Assembly (NCBI GenBank): GCA_018694835.1
Contig: JABHOG010000126.1
Span: 1,765-65,764, forward strand
Reading direction: 5' to 3'
DNA from: Planctomycetota bacterium
Lineage (GTDB): Bacteria; Planctomycetota; UBA8108; UBA1146
Length of the DNA: 64,000 nucleotides
The notes under the pieces are model-generated. The model ran no database searches. It saw only the letters and a list, made by a program, of their open reading frames with translations, and was not told where the DNA came from. Below are positions 19,782 through 29,771 of this stretch, one piece after another; position 1 is the stretch's first letter, and each line of letters opens with the position of its first letter. A program made the translations under genes and the position numbers.

Positions 19782-20015
19782 TTATGTTCCGTCTTCCCCG
19801 ATCGCCTCGACGGGGCACTCTTCCTTGGCTTGCTCGCTCAACTCGATCTCTTCAGGAGTCGCGGGCTGCTTGAAGACATAGGAATAGCCCTCGTCCTCAT
19901 TGGCCCTGAAGTTATCGGGAGCAGTGGTGCGACAGAGGTCGCAATCGATGCACTCCTCGTCGACATACCATTTTCCAGGCACGTTGCTTTCAACTCTGTT
20001 TGCTGGGTCTGCCAT
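19782..20015 (-). CDS. 4Fe-4S ferredoxin
   Basis: 77 aa; CIDCDLC...CP cluster motif; convergent with the radical SAM gene. Confidence 0.7.
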   Translation of the reverse strand: MADPANRVESNVPGKWYVDEECIDCDLCRTTAPDNFRANEDEGYSYVFKQPATPEEIELSEQAKEECPVEAIGEDGT

Positions 20016-20258
20016 CGAAGTTCTCCAAGAAATGTTCAGTTTTCTAATTCAGAGGATACCTGCTGGCCCTCTCCAGTGAACCCGTACCACTGTGAGGATA
20101 GGATTTCTGAGATTTCTCCGCAAGGGAACCGCTGGGCAGGTTTTGTGGCCACGGGCTGCAGGAGCGGATATTCTCCCGGTTGGCGGCGTTTCGCCGTGAC
20201 CTCCCGTTTCCCTCCGATCGGGGGGGGAGACTGAGAAATTGGAGGGAAAGGAGCCCCA

Positions 20259-21089
20259 TTGAAGGTCGTCATCGCACATAGCCCCGATTCAGACGATGCT
20301 TTCATGCACTTTGCCATCGGTGAAGGCAAGGTCGATACCGGTGAGTATCAGTTCGACCACATGATGGCAGATATCGAAACGCTCAATCGCCATGCGGTCG
20401 AAGGTAGACACGAAGTGACCGCCATTTCGATTCATGCCTACGCCCATCTGTCGGATCAGTATGCATTGCTGAATCATGGAGCGAGCATGGGAGAGGGATA
20501 CGGCCCGCTGCTGATCACCAAGGAGCCACGGACCCGTGAAGACCTGTCAGATCAAGTCATCGCTGTTCCTGGAGAGTGGACCAGTGCCGCTCTGGCACTC
20601 AAGCTGTGGATGCCAGAAGCGAAAACGGAAGTGGTTCCCTTCGATGAGATCATGCAACGAATCGACTCGGGAGAGTTCGAGGCTGGTGTGATCATTCACG
20701 AGGGTCAGGTGACCTACGAAGATGAGGGATATCACTCTGTAGTGGATTTCGGTGAATGGTGGGCTCGGACTCAGGATGGGCTTCCGCTTCCTCTGGGAGG
20801 GAATGCCATCCGCAGAGATCTGGGGGAGACACACATCCGAGAGATCTCAAGGATTTTGCGCGAGAGCATCGCATATGCTCTGGAGCATCGTGAAGAAGCA
20901 CTCCAGTATGCCGAGCAATACAATCGAGGTCTTACGCGCGAGCAGACCGATCAATTCGTCGGTATGTACGTCAATCAGAGAACCCTGGACTACGGTGAGG
21001 ATGGCCGCGAAGCGGTGTGCCGATTCCTCCGGATGGGTGCCGGCAGTGGAGCAGTACCGGAAGTGGCTGAACCTGAGTTCATCGTCTGA
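20259..21089 (+). CDS. menaquinone (futalosine pathway) biosynthesis protein, MqnA/MqnD family
   Basis: 276 aa; PBP-like fold signatures resembling MqnD (VVIAHSPDSDDAFMHFAI). TTG start with GGAGGGAAAGGAG RBS upstream. Confidence 0.65.
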   Translation: MKVVIAHSPDSDDAFMHFAIGEGKVDTGEYQFDHMMADIETLNRHAVEGRHEVTAISIHAYAHLSDQYALLNHGASMGEGYGPLLITKEPRTREDLSDQVIAVPGEWTSAALALKLWMPEAKTEVVPFDEIMQRIDSGEFEAGVIIHEGQVTYEDEGYHSVVDFGEWWARTQDGLPLPLGGNAIRRDLGETHIREISRILRESIAYALEHREEALQYAEQYNRGLTREQTDQFVGMYVNQRTLDYGEDGREAVCRFLRMGAGSGAVPEVAEPEFIV

Positions 21090-21121
21090 TTCCTGGTCGC
21101 TTCCGGCACATCCCCTTCAGG

Positions 21122-22513
21122 GTGGAGGAGGACCTTCTGATGTCGATGGGTGAGGACCCAGCAGAAGAGTGGCGAGATGTCTCTGGCTGGGCGGGCACTT
21201 GCCATGCCCGCTGCAAGGTCATCCGCTGTCAAGGAGTCGAGGAGAGCCGCACCCTTCTGCGGGAGGACGGCCCCTGGTTGCCTCGGGGCGGCGGGTGCTC
21301 CTACGGCGATGCTGCGATTCTTGATCAGGGGCGATTGTTGCAATTGAAGCCCCCCAGCGGTGACCAGATCCTGTCCGCTGTTCCAACGCCAACCGATCTG
21401 GAATCACCAAGCGTATCGGTTTCTGCTGCAGTAACCCTGCGCCAACTACTCCCACTGCTCAATCGCCAGGGGCTCACTCTGCCGGTGGTCCCAGGGGTCC
21501 TCGATGCCACGGTGGGAGGGATGCTTGCAGCCGATGTCCACGGCAAGAATCACCTGAGCAGGGGGTCGATCGGGGATGTCACCGTTGCTCTCCAAGTACT
21601 GCTTCCCTCTGGCGAAGTGATCGACTGTGATCGAGATCGAGAGCCAGAGATCTTTCGTGGGACCATCGGTGGCATGGGTTTGACGGGAGTGATTCTCGAG
21701 GCCCGATTGGCAGTGATTCCTCTGCTGGCAGACAGGGTCGAGGTGCAGGTTCTGGCCACGAAAAATCTGCAGGAGTCCCTCGCGCAACTCGATCGACTCG
21801 CCGCTAGTGAAGAGCATGTAGCGGCCTGGATCGACCCGACCGCCAGGGGCAGCGAGTTTGGTCGAGGGATCGTGGTTGGGGGAACGGTGGTCGCGACCGA
21901 TCGGGTCGTTCGATCGAACCGTTCGAGTTGGGATCTTCCCAGGGGGAACAGTTTTCCCGCTGGATTCTCCTGGGCTCTGTCTCCGATCGGAATCCGCTGT
22001 CATAACGCCGTGCGCCACGCCTTGGCAAGAATCGGTCGTCGGCAGAGAAGCTGGGAACTGGAGCGGCTGCTGTTCCCGCTCGAACGCTGGCGCGACTGGA
22101 AGAAGATCTACCAGCCAGATGGATTCCACCAGCACCAGTCGCTCATTCCCGAAGATCACTGCTCTGGAACGATCCGCGAACTGCTCGAACTCTCGAACCG
22201 TGGACGGTGCCCCTCGACGTTGGTCGTGATCAAGAAGATGAGAAAAGGTGCGGGGGGACTGTCTTTTGGTGCCGAAGGGATGACCCTCTCGATGGATTTC
22301 AAAGCCACCGCTGGAGTGAAGGAGATCTTGCACCACTGTGATTCGCTGGTTGCAGATGTGGGCGGTCGAGTCTATCTCGCCAAGGATTCGACTCTCACAC
22401 CGGAGTTGTTGCGAAGGATGTATCCGCAAGTGGATCAGTTTCTCAGTTTGAGAAATCGCATCGATCCCGATCGGAAACTGAATTCAGATCTTTCCAGAAG
22501 ACTGGAGATCTAA
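21122..22513 (+). CDS. FAD-binding oxidoreductase (PCMH-type FAD-binding domain)
   Basis: 463 aa; FAD-binding-4-like N-terminus (GGGCSYGDAAI), long C-terminal substrate domain. Confidence 0.65.
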   Translation: MEEDLLMSMGEDPAEEWRDVSGWAGTCHARCKVIRCQGVEESRTLLREDGPWLPRGGGCSYGDAAILDQGRLLQLKPPSGDQILSAVPTPTDLESPSVSVSAAVTLRQLLPLLNRQGLTLPVVPGVLDATVGGMLAADVHGKNHLSRGSIGDVTVALQVLLPSGEVIDCDRDREPEIFRGTIGGMGLTGVILEARLAVIPLLADRVEVQVLATKNLQESLAQLDRLAASEEHVAAWIDPTARGSEFGRGIVVGGTVVATDRVVRSNRSSWDLPRGNSFPAGFSWALSPIGIRCHNAVRHALARIGRRQRSWELERLLFPLERWRDWKKIYQPDGFHQHQSLIPEDHCSGTIRELLELSNRGRCPSTLVVIKKMRKGAGGLSFGAEGMTLSMDFKATAGVKEILHHCDSLVADVGGRVYLAKDSTLTPELLRRMYPQVDQFLSLRNRIDPDRKLNSDLSRRLEI

Positions 22514-22617
22514 CTCTGGTCGATCTGTTTTGACTCCAGGTAGAGAGCCCATGGAGTGGTCAATTTAAAACAGGTGCCGTTTCCTCTGCTTTTCGACCGA
22601 CACATCCCCGGAATGAT

Positions 22618-23469
22618 TCAGAACTGGTACTCGACACCAAGTTCGATCACTTCAATCGAGAAGTCGAGATCGATGGGCCTTCCATCGGCAACTCTGGACA
22701 ACTCGATGTTGTGCGATCGAACTCCAGCAAAGAGGCTCCAGTCAGGGTCAGGATCCCAGCCGAGTCGAATCGAGCCATCGATGCATTCGGCGTCGTAGTC
22801 GGTGATTTTCGCCAGGGGAAGAAAGGTAAAGATCCCTTCAAGATCCCATGTAGCGGCAATCTTGATCGATGATTGGATGCCGAGAACCGGTGCCGGTGCC
22901 AACTCATCGAACTCGGCAAATACCGACGGGTCGCTGGTCGATTTAAATTGGAGCCGAATCCCGGTCAGATCGAGGCCAGCGAGTAGCCGAGCATCGAGAG
23001 TTCCTTCTTCTCCCCGGGCAGATGCGGAGAGGGGAAAGGCCATCAGCAAGCGTACACTGCTCAGTTCGATCTCGGAGCCGTAGATGTCTGCCGGGAGATC
23101 GGCGCCGACGATGGCGCCGGAGAAGAAACCTGTCGACGCACTGGATGCACCGATGCTGTCGACCAGGAAGCGCAAGGGTCCATGATCGAGCTGGATTCGC
23201 ATCCCTGCTGAGAGTGAAGATTCCGATAGATCTTGTTGCTCGAGGTGGACCTGACTGGAGGTTGTGCCACTGACAGTGGTCATTTTTCCTTCAGGAGCAG
23301 TTCTCGCGGCGGAAACCGTAGCGGTGACATCCAATCGCTGCTGGAACTTTTCGGAGATGGAGCAGCCACAAGTGCAGCTCAGCAGGAGCATCCATCCGAG
23401 GAGGGGCAGCCGGGACTCGGGAGAGACCAGCGAAGAAACTGTCGGTGTTGATTTCTGACTGACTACCAT
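22618..23469 (-). CDS. hypothetical outer-membrane beta-barrel protein
   Basis: Signal peptide, alternating amphipathic strands, C-terminal aromatic residue (…YQF). Confidence 0.5.
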   Translation of the reverse strand: MVVSQKSTPTVSSLVSPESRLPLLGWMLLLSCTCGCSISEKFQQRLDVTATVSAARTAPEGKMTTVSGTTSSQVHLEQQDLSESSLSAGMRIQLDHGPLRFLVDSIGASSASTGFFSGAIVGADLPADIYGSEIELSSVRLLMAFPLSASARGEEGTLDARLLAGLDLTGIRLQFKSTSDPSVFAEFDELAPAPVLGIQSSIKIAATWDLEGIFTFLPLAKITDYDAECIDGSIRLGWDPDPDWSLFAGVRSHNIELSRVADGRPIDLDFSIEVIELGVEYQF

Positions 23470-23619
23470 GCTCTTTCCATCCTCTTCAATCTCCTGTTCG
23501 GGATCGATTGTGCCTGTTTGTGGAGACTCCGCAACTCATGCCCCCGAGGTGGTCCTGGGGACTCGTGGAGGCTAGGATGGGGTGAGGCGGATGCGAGTAC
23601 CAGAGAGAGGTGAGAATTC

Positions 23620-26600
23620 GTGAAATTTTGGTATTCGAGAAGTTCTGGACGCCATGCCAGCAGTATCGCTCGATGGGCGATCCTGCTTCTTCTTGCCGGC
23701 CCTCTTCATGCATTGGCGGGGGAGGCGCTGGAGGAGGAGATTCCAGCAGCGCTACTGGAGCAGTTCGAGAATGAAGTCCGGCCGCTGCTGGTACAGAGAT
23801 GTTATTCCTGCCACAGTTCCGAGGCGAAGGAACTGAAGAGCGATCTGAGGCTCGATTTCCGCGACGGAGTTCTTACTGGAGGAGATCGGGGTCCCGCAGT
23901 GAATCCCGGGGACCCGGCGGGCAGTCTATTACTGCGAGCGGTCAATGGAACCGAGCCGGGGCTCACGATGCCCCCGGGTGAGACTCTCTCCACCCTGGAG
24001 ATCCAGTCGCTAGCGCAGTGGATCCGCACCGGGGCCAGTGATCCCAGAGATGAACCGATATCCCCGAATCGTCGATCCCCAGCAGGGCGAAAGCCGGTCG
24101 AGATCGAGAAGTCCCGGTCGCACTGGGCTTTCCTGCCGGTGGCAGACCCGGCACCGCCAGAGGTGCAGGCGATCGAGCGGGTGAGGGATCCCATCGATGC
24201 ATTCATCCTCGCGGAGTTGGAACGAAATGATCTCACCATGGCACCCGAGGCGAGCCTCCCGGTGCTGGCCCAGCGGGCGCACCAGTTGCTCACTGGACTT
24301 CCCTTGCCCTGGCCCCGCCTGAAGCAATTGGTGGAGTCCGAGGATCCGCTAGCTTTCGATCAGTTCATCGATGAGTTACTGGCGTCCGATGGATTTGGAG
24401 AGAGGTGGGCCAGGTCATGGTTGGACCTGGTGCGCTATGCCGATTCCAACGGTCTCGATGAAAACCTCGCCTTCGGAGAGGCGTGGCGCTATCGAGATTA
24501 CGTGATCCGGTCCTTCAATGAGGATAAACCCTTCGATGAGTTCTTGGTCGAGCAGATCGCCGGGGACTTGCTTCCCCAGACGGCGGATCAACAGGCGTGG
24601 AGAGATCAGCGTCTCGCTACCGGATTCTTGGTTCTGGGTCCAAAGATGCTGGCCGAACAGGACGAGGCGAAGTTGGCCATCGATGTGGTGGATGAGCAAC
24701 TGGATGTCACCGCCCGGACCTTCCTGGGAATGACCGTAGGCTGTGCTCGCTGTCATGATCACAAGTTTGATCCGATTCCGGCCAAGGATTATTACGCCAT
24801 GGCAGGGATCTTTCGATCGACCAGCACCATGGAGAGCTTGAAAACCGTCGCCAAGTGGCGTGAGATCTCGCTGGAAACAGTGGCAGAGGCGCAGAGTAGA
24901 AAACTCTGGGAAACTGAGCGAGCCAGCATTGCCAAGAATGTTGAGAGCGCAAAGAAGGAACTGCGGGAAGTCCTCGAGGGAGGTCTCTCCGGGGGAGTCG
25001 GCAAGCATCTTCTGGCGGCGCTGGATGCGATGCAGGAAATCGCCATCGCAGGAGTGACAGAGACGCACTCCACCTCACTCGGGGAGAACCGTTCGAACTA
25101 CGGGACCGATCAGATACCGGTACTTCACTCGGCGAAGGGCGGACTCCAGCAAGCGACCTGGGAATTGCAGGTCCCGACAGCGGGTGAGTGGAACCTCGAT
25201 GTTCGGTATGCGGCGCTGGAGAAGCGCCCGATGCGTCTACTGGTGAACGGGGAGCAGATCTCGAAGGATGCACTCGCCTCCGTCACTGGTGGTTGGACCA
25301 CCAACGATCTGCGCTGGGAAACTCAGGCGACACTGGACCTCGATGCGGGCCTGGTAACGATCCGACTCGAGAGACCGGGTGCTGTTCCTCATCTGGATCG
25401 AGTCCGGCTGGTTCCCGCCAAAGGGTGGCCGAACACCGTGGATCCGATCATCGTTTCCGGATGGGTCGATTTCCTGACAAGACCGACGATCGAGGAGGAT
25501 CCTCTCTGGGGATCCTGGGTCCGGTGGATGCATCTGGGGAGCGAAGATCGACCACAGAACCCGCAGCAGGTCGCCCACTGGTGGGCCAATACCGTCGCCG
25601 ACCCGCGGATCGATAAGTTGCCTGCAGAGGTGAAGGCCATCCTCTCAGAGGCTACTCCCAAGGATCATCCGGGGATCGCAGCGGTCTTCCAGAAGGTGGT
25701 CGAGGCGACGGTAGTCACCGAAGATGGGACAGTGGTTCAAACGCCATCGGTCTCCCAGCAGTTGCACTCGACGGTCGGCCCCTGGTTCGAGCCGTTATTG
25801 CAGGCAGAAAACGCAGCTCCCGAAGAACTTCGTGTACCAGTCGAGCAGATGGTGGCGGCGCTTGCGAAGAAAGATGAGTCGATGCCCCCCGCTGCGGTGA
25901 TGGCACTCGGTGTCCAGGACGGAAAGGTCGCCGACCTTCCGATTCATATTCGCGGTAGCCATCTTCGATTGGCCAAGGATGCGGTGCCGCGTGGTGCTCT
26001 TCAGATCACCGACCACCTGGTTCCCCCGATGCAGGCAGAAGATGGGAAGAGTGGGCGGCTGGAGCTGGCACGCTGGATGGCAGATGAGCGGCACCCCTTG
26101 ACCTCGCGGGTGGCGGTCAATCGAATCTGGTTGGAACTGTTTGGTGAAGCACTGGTCTCGACTCCGTCCAACTTCGGTTTCAGTGGTGATCTACCCAGTC
26201 ATCCAGAACTTCTGGATCGACTCGCTCACGACTTCGTCGCCGATGGCTGGTCGACGAAAAAGACGATCCGAAGAATCCTCAAGACTTCCACCTGGAGGCA
26301 ACAGGTCATCGAAAATCCGAGGGCGACATTGATCGATCCGGAAAACCGACTCTTGTGGAGCCAGAATCGCCAACGCCTGCGTGCAGAAGCAGTGCGCGAT
26401 TCAGTGCTGGCCGTGAGTCAGGGTCTCGACCGCGAGATGGGCGGCACCTTGTTGATGACCAAAAATCGCGGATATGTGACCAATGACCAGTCGAACAATA
26501 CGGCTCGCTACGATCTTCCTCGTCGATCCATCTATCTGCCGGTGATTCGCAATGCGATGTATGAGCTGTTCAGCGCCTTCGATTACAATGATCCTTCGAC

Positions 26601-26934
26601 ACCGATCTCGAAGCGTTACTCGACCGTGGTGGCTCACCAGGCGCTGTTCTTTCTCAACTCGCCGATGGTGTTGGATGCTGCGCTGGCGATAGCCAATCAG
26701 GTCCTCGAATTGAAGTTGACCGAGGTCGACCAAGTTCAGGAGATGCATCGCAGAATCCTGTGTCGCGAAGCCACCGAAGCAGAGGTAGAGCGTGCGATCT
26801 TGTTCGTGAAGCGAGTGGAGCAGTCGATCCTCACGATGCCTGAAGAAGATCGACCGGGTGATCCGTACCAGTCTGCGTGTCAGGCGTTTTGTCAGGCGTT
26901 ACTGGCGACCAGCGAGTTTCTGTATCTTGATTGA
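23620..26934 (+). CDS. PSCyt1/PSCyt2(DUF1549)/PSD1(DUF1553) planctomycete cytochrome-domain protein
   Basis: 1104 aa; signal peptide, CxxCH heme motif (RCYSCHS) in the N-terminal PSCyt domain, DUF1549/DUF1553-like remainder. Confidence 0.85.
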   Translation: MKFWYSRSSGRHASSIARWAILLLLAGPLHALAGEALEEEIPAALLEQFENEVRPLLVQRCYSCHSSEAKELKSDLRLDFRDGVLTGGDRGPAVNPGDPAGSLLLRAVNGTEPGLTMPPGETLSTLEIQSLAQWIRTGASDPRDEPISPNRRSPAGRKPVEIEKSRSHWAFLPVADPAPPEVQAIERVRDPIDAFILAELERNDLTMAPEASLPVLAQRAHQLLTGLPLPWPRLKQLVESEDPLAFDQFIDELLASDGFGERWARSWLDLVRYADSNGLDENLAFGEAWRYRDYVIRSFNEDKPFDEFLVEQIAGDLLPQTADQQAWRDQRLATGFLVLGPKMLAEQDEAKLAIDVVDEQLDVTARTFLGMTVGCARCHDHKFDPIPAKDYYAMAGIFRSTSTMESLKTVAKWREISLETVAEAQSRKLWETERASIAKNVESAKKELREVLEGGLSGGVGKHLLAALDAMQEIAIAGVTETHSTSLGENRSNYGTDQIPVLHSAKGGLQQATWELQVPTAGEWNLDVRYAALEKRPMRLLVNGEQISKDALASVTGGWTTNDLRWETQATLDLDAGLVTIRLERPGAVPHLDRVRLVPAKGWPNTVDPIIVSGWVDFLTRPTIEEDPLWGSWVRWMHLGSEDRPQNPQQVAHWWANTVADPRIDKLPAEVKAILSEATPKDHPGIAAVFQKVVEATVVTEDGTVVQTPSVSQQLHSTVGPWFEPLLQAENAAPEELRVPVEQMVAALAKKDESMPPAAVMALGVQDGKVADLPIHIRGSHLRLAKDAVPRGALQITDHLVPPMQAEDGKSGRLELARWMADERHPLTSRVAVNRIWLELFGEALVSTPSNFGFSGDLPSHPELLDRLAHDFVADGWSTKKTIRRILKTSTWRQQVIENPRATLIDPENRLLWSQNRQRLRAEAVRDSVLAVSQGLDREMGGTLLMTKNRGYVTNDQSNNTARYDLPRRSIYLPVIRNAMYELFSAFDYNDPSTPISKRYSTVVAHQALFFLNSPMVLDAALAIANQVLELKLTEVDQVQEMHRRILCREATEAEVERAILFVKRVEQSILTMPEEDRPGDPYQSACQAFCQALLATSEFLYLD

Positions 26935-26978
26935 AGGTCTTGGTCGGGTTCGAGGCCCGTGGAGACTGAGGAGTTGAA

Positions 26979-28382
26979 GTGAATATTGATCCGATGAGTG
27001 CTATCTCGCGCAGGAAAATGCTCAAGGGCTGTTGCGCCGGATTTGGTGCACTGGCTCTCGATGGGTTGCTTGGATCATCTCCGGCATTCGCAGGAATCCC
27101 CGGAGGGCCGCATTTTGCTCCGCGGGCAAAGCGGGTCATCTTCCTCTTCATGCACGGTGGCCCGTCACAGGTCGATACCTTCGATTACAAGCCGAGATTG
27201 ATCCAGGATGACGGCAAGCCGCTGCCGTACCCACTCCCTCGAGTGACCTTTGCCGATCCGAAGCAATATGGCGGAGTGATGAGATCTCCCTGGGAGTTCA
27301 AGCAATACGGTGAGTCGGGGCAGTGGGTCAGTGATCTGTTCCCCCACGTCGCGGGAATGGTCGATGACATCTGCTTCGTCAAGAGTATGCACGGCACCAA
27401 TGACGCTCATGGTGGAGCATTACTTGCCCTCCACACCGGAAGCGACACCTTCGTCAGGCCGAGCATGGGTTCGTGGGTGCTCTACGGACTGGGTGAGGAG
27501 AACTCGGACCTGCCAGGATTTATCACCATCTGTCCGACGCTGGGGCATGGGGGAGTCAACAACTGGTCGAGCGCATTCTTGCCGGCTCGATACCAGGGAA
27601 CTCCGATCGGGCATGCCGGAGTCAAGGCGAGAAATGCAACGATTCATCACCTGAAGAACAGCCACTGGAATGAAGGACTGCAGCAGATGCAGCTGGAACT
27701 TCTCAACCAGATCAATCTCGAGCATCTCGGAGATCGAGCCACCGACGATTCGCTCGATGCTCGGATTCGATCCTTTGAGGTGGCGTTCCAGATGCAAACC
27801 GAGGCTCCAGAGGTGATGGATCTCGCAGGCGAGACGGCGACCACCATGGAGATGTATGGCATCGACGAACCGAAAACTGACAACTTCGGGCGTCAGTGCC
27901 TGATGGCTCGACGTTTCGCAGAGGCGGGAGTTCGTTTCATTCAGTGCACTCATTCCTACAAGTGGGATCAGCACAGCAATCTCAAGGGAGGCCATTCCAA
28001 CAATGCGCTCGAGGTCGACAAGCCGATTGCCGGACTGTTGAAGGATCTCAAGACGCGGGGATTACTGGAGGACACGCTGGTGATCTGGGGCGGGGAGTTT
28101 GGCCGGACACCGACAGCTCAGGATGGAAACGGAAGAGACCACAATCCGCATGGGTTCACGATATGGATGGCCGGTGGAGGCGTCAGAGGGGGTATGTCCT
28201 ATGGCGAGACGGACGACTACGGTTATCACTCGGTGGTCGATAAGGTGCACGTCAATGATCTTCACGCGACGATCTTGCACCTGCTGGGGATTGACCACGA
28301 GAAACTGACCTACCGCCATGCGGGGCGTGATTTCCGCCTCACCGATGTCGCAGGAAACGTGGTCAAAAAAATTATCGCCTGA
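26979..28382 (+). CDS. DUF1501 domain protein (sulfatase/alkaline-phosphatase-like, TAT-secreted)
   Basis: 467 aa; TAT signal (SRRKMLKGC...ALA), DUF1501 hallmarks; adjacent to the DUF1553 gene. Confidence 0.85.
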   Translation: MNIDPMSAISRRKMLKGCCAGFGALALDGLLGSSPAFAGIPGGPHFAPRAKRVIFLFMHGGPSQVDTFDYKPRLIQDDGKPLPYPLPRVTFADPKQYGGVMRSPWEFKQYGESGQWVSDLFPHVAGMVDDICFVKSMHGTNDAHGGALLALHTGSDTFVRPSMGSWVLYGLGEENSDLPGFITICPTLGHGGVNNWSSAFLPARYQGTPIGHAGVKARNATIHHLKNSHWNEGLQQMQLELLNQINLEHLGDRATDDSLDARIRSFEVAFQMQTEAPEVMDLAGETATTMEMYGIDEPKTDNFGRQCLMARRFAEAGVRFIQCTHSYKWDQHSNLKGGHSNNALEVDKPIAGLLKDLKTRGLLEDTLVIWGGEFGRTPTAQDGNGRDHNPHGFTIWMAGGGVRGGMSYGETDDYGYHSVVDKVHVNDLHATILHLLGIDHEKLTYRHAGRDFRLTDVAGNVVKKIIA

Positions 28383-28441
28383 GACCGGTCAGGTCACAGG
28401 CGACAATTGATACTGAACTCAAAGATCCGATCAGTGCTGGA

Positions 28442-29095
28442 TTACCAGTTGATTCCGGTCATCACTGAAAACACGGACCGGTCCGAGATCCCATCGTATG
28501 TAGAGATCCTGTAATCCAGTCCGAAGTGAGCGTTGTCTCCAAGGTGTAGTAATGCTCCACCGTGAAAGTAAACGCCCGTTTCATCTGCTTTGATGCCGGC
28601 AACGGGAGGGATTCCGTACTCGTCGACACTGATCATCGAAACTCCACCTCCACCGATCAAGGACAACGGTGTGAATGGGAGTTCTGCAGTGATCCGGCCT
28701 CCGGCGAAGAACTCGGAGTCGCGAACCTTTCCGAGGACGCCGTCATTTTCGGTGGCCTGGATGTATGCCACTTCAGGAGCGATGTACCACGCACTTTTGC
28801 GTGCACTCACCCAGAGGCCGTAACCATCGACATCGTTGAGATTCGATGGATTCTCTTCAAGGTCGTATGTGCCATAGATGAGACTCGTTTGGCCGGTGTA
28901 GGGCTTTGGGTTTGGCTGCTCTACCCCGGAAAAGGGCGAAGTAGCATCGGGGCGAAAGCGAACCCAGTCATCATTGCCGGCGCAGCCGGCAAGTAGGACC
29001 AGGGACAGCAGGGGAAGCGCAAGGGCTCTGAGACTCCACACTTTTGGTCTCCAATTCAATTGGCTCCAGTTGATTGGGCTCAACATCGGGATCAC
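28442..29095 (-). CDS. hypothetical outer-membrane beta-barrel lipoprotein
   Basis: Signal peptide with LAGC lipobox, Gly/aromatic-rich beta-strand pattern, C-terminal Trp. Confidence 0.5.
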   Translation of the reverse strand: MIPMLSPINWSQLNWRPKVWSLRALALPLLSLVLLAGCAGNDDWVRFRPDATSPFSGVEQPNPKPYTGQTSLIYGTYDLEENPSNLNDVDGYGLWVSARKSAWYIAPEVAYIQATENDGVLGKVRDSEFFAGGRITAELPFTPLSLIGGGGVSMISVDEYGIPPVAGIKADETGVYFHGGALLHLGDNAHFGLDYRISTYDGISDRSVFSVMTGINW

Positions 29096-29771
29096 ACCTT
29101 TCCTGGTTCCCGGTCATTCCGGGAATCCCTTCTGGTCGCACGCCAAGCCTCGGCTGAATCGACTCGGAGGGGCTCCGACTGACCATCACCGACTCCTGAA
29201 CAGAAACGACCCGGATGGGGAAGGCGGGATTCTAGACCGCAGGAGAAGCAGCGGCAAGTGACCCTCGAATGCTCTTGTGACGGCGATCGGCCCGGTGCCA
29301 GGGCCGATGGCCGGAAAGAAGAGAGAAGTGGGCTTTTCTTGACTCCGAACGGCCATCTCGTAGGATCCAGGCTTCCAGGTATGTCCATACTGGTGATCCT
29401 GTCCCAGAGTCGCCTGTTCGACAGAGCCTGCCCGGATCCGGTGATCATGATTGCCGGGCTCGAAATGGAAGGTTTGGTCCTGGAAAGTTGATTGGAAGCT
29501 TGAGGGCAGACGCGCGGGGTTCGCCTGGAACTGAGGCGGCGCGGCAGCCCTGGCGAGAGTTCTCGGAGGAGACGAAGCGTTTGGATCGGAAAGAAATTGT
29601 GGAGACCTGCTTGCTCAGGTCTGGCAATGTTCAGGATCTCGATTCAACATTTGCTCCTCAAAATCACTGACCAAGGTTGGTACCCAGAAGGTATCGGACC
29701 GATAACGGACCCGGCCCGGCGTGGCGGGTCAGTCTGCGGATCCTTGAGGGACCCGACAGGAGAGGTGACGC

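Noticed and set aside
24415-25273. Minus-strand ORFs (217 and 188 aa) within the DUF1553 gene
   Set aside because: Antisense shadow ORFs in a 3.3-kb CDS that has clear family signatures.
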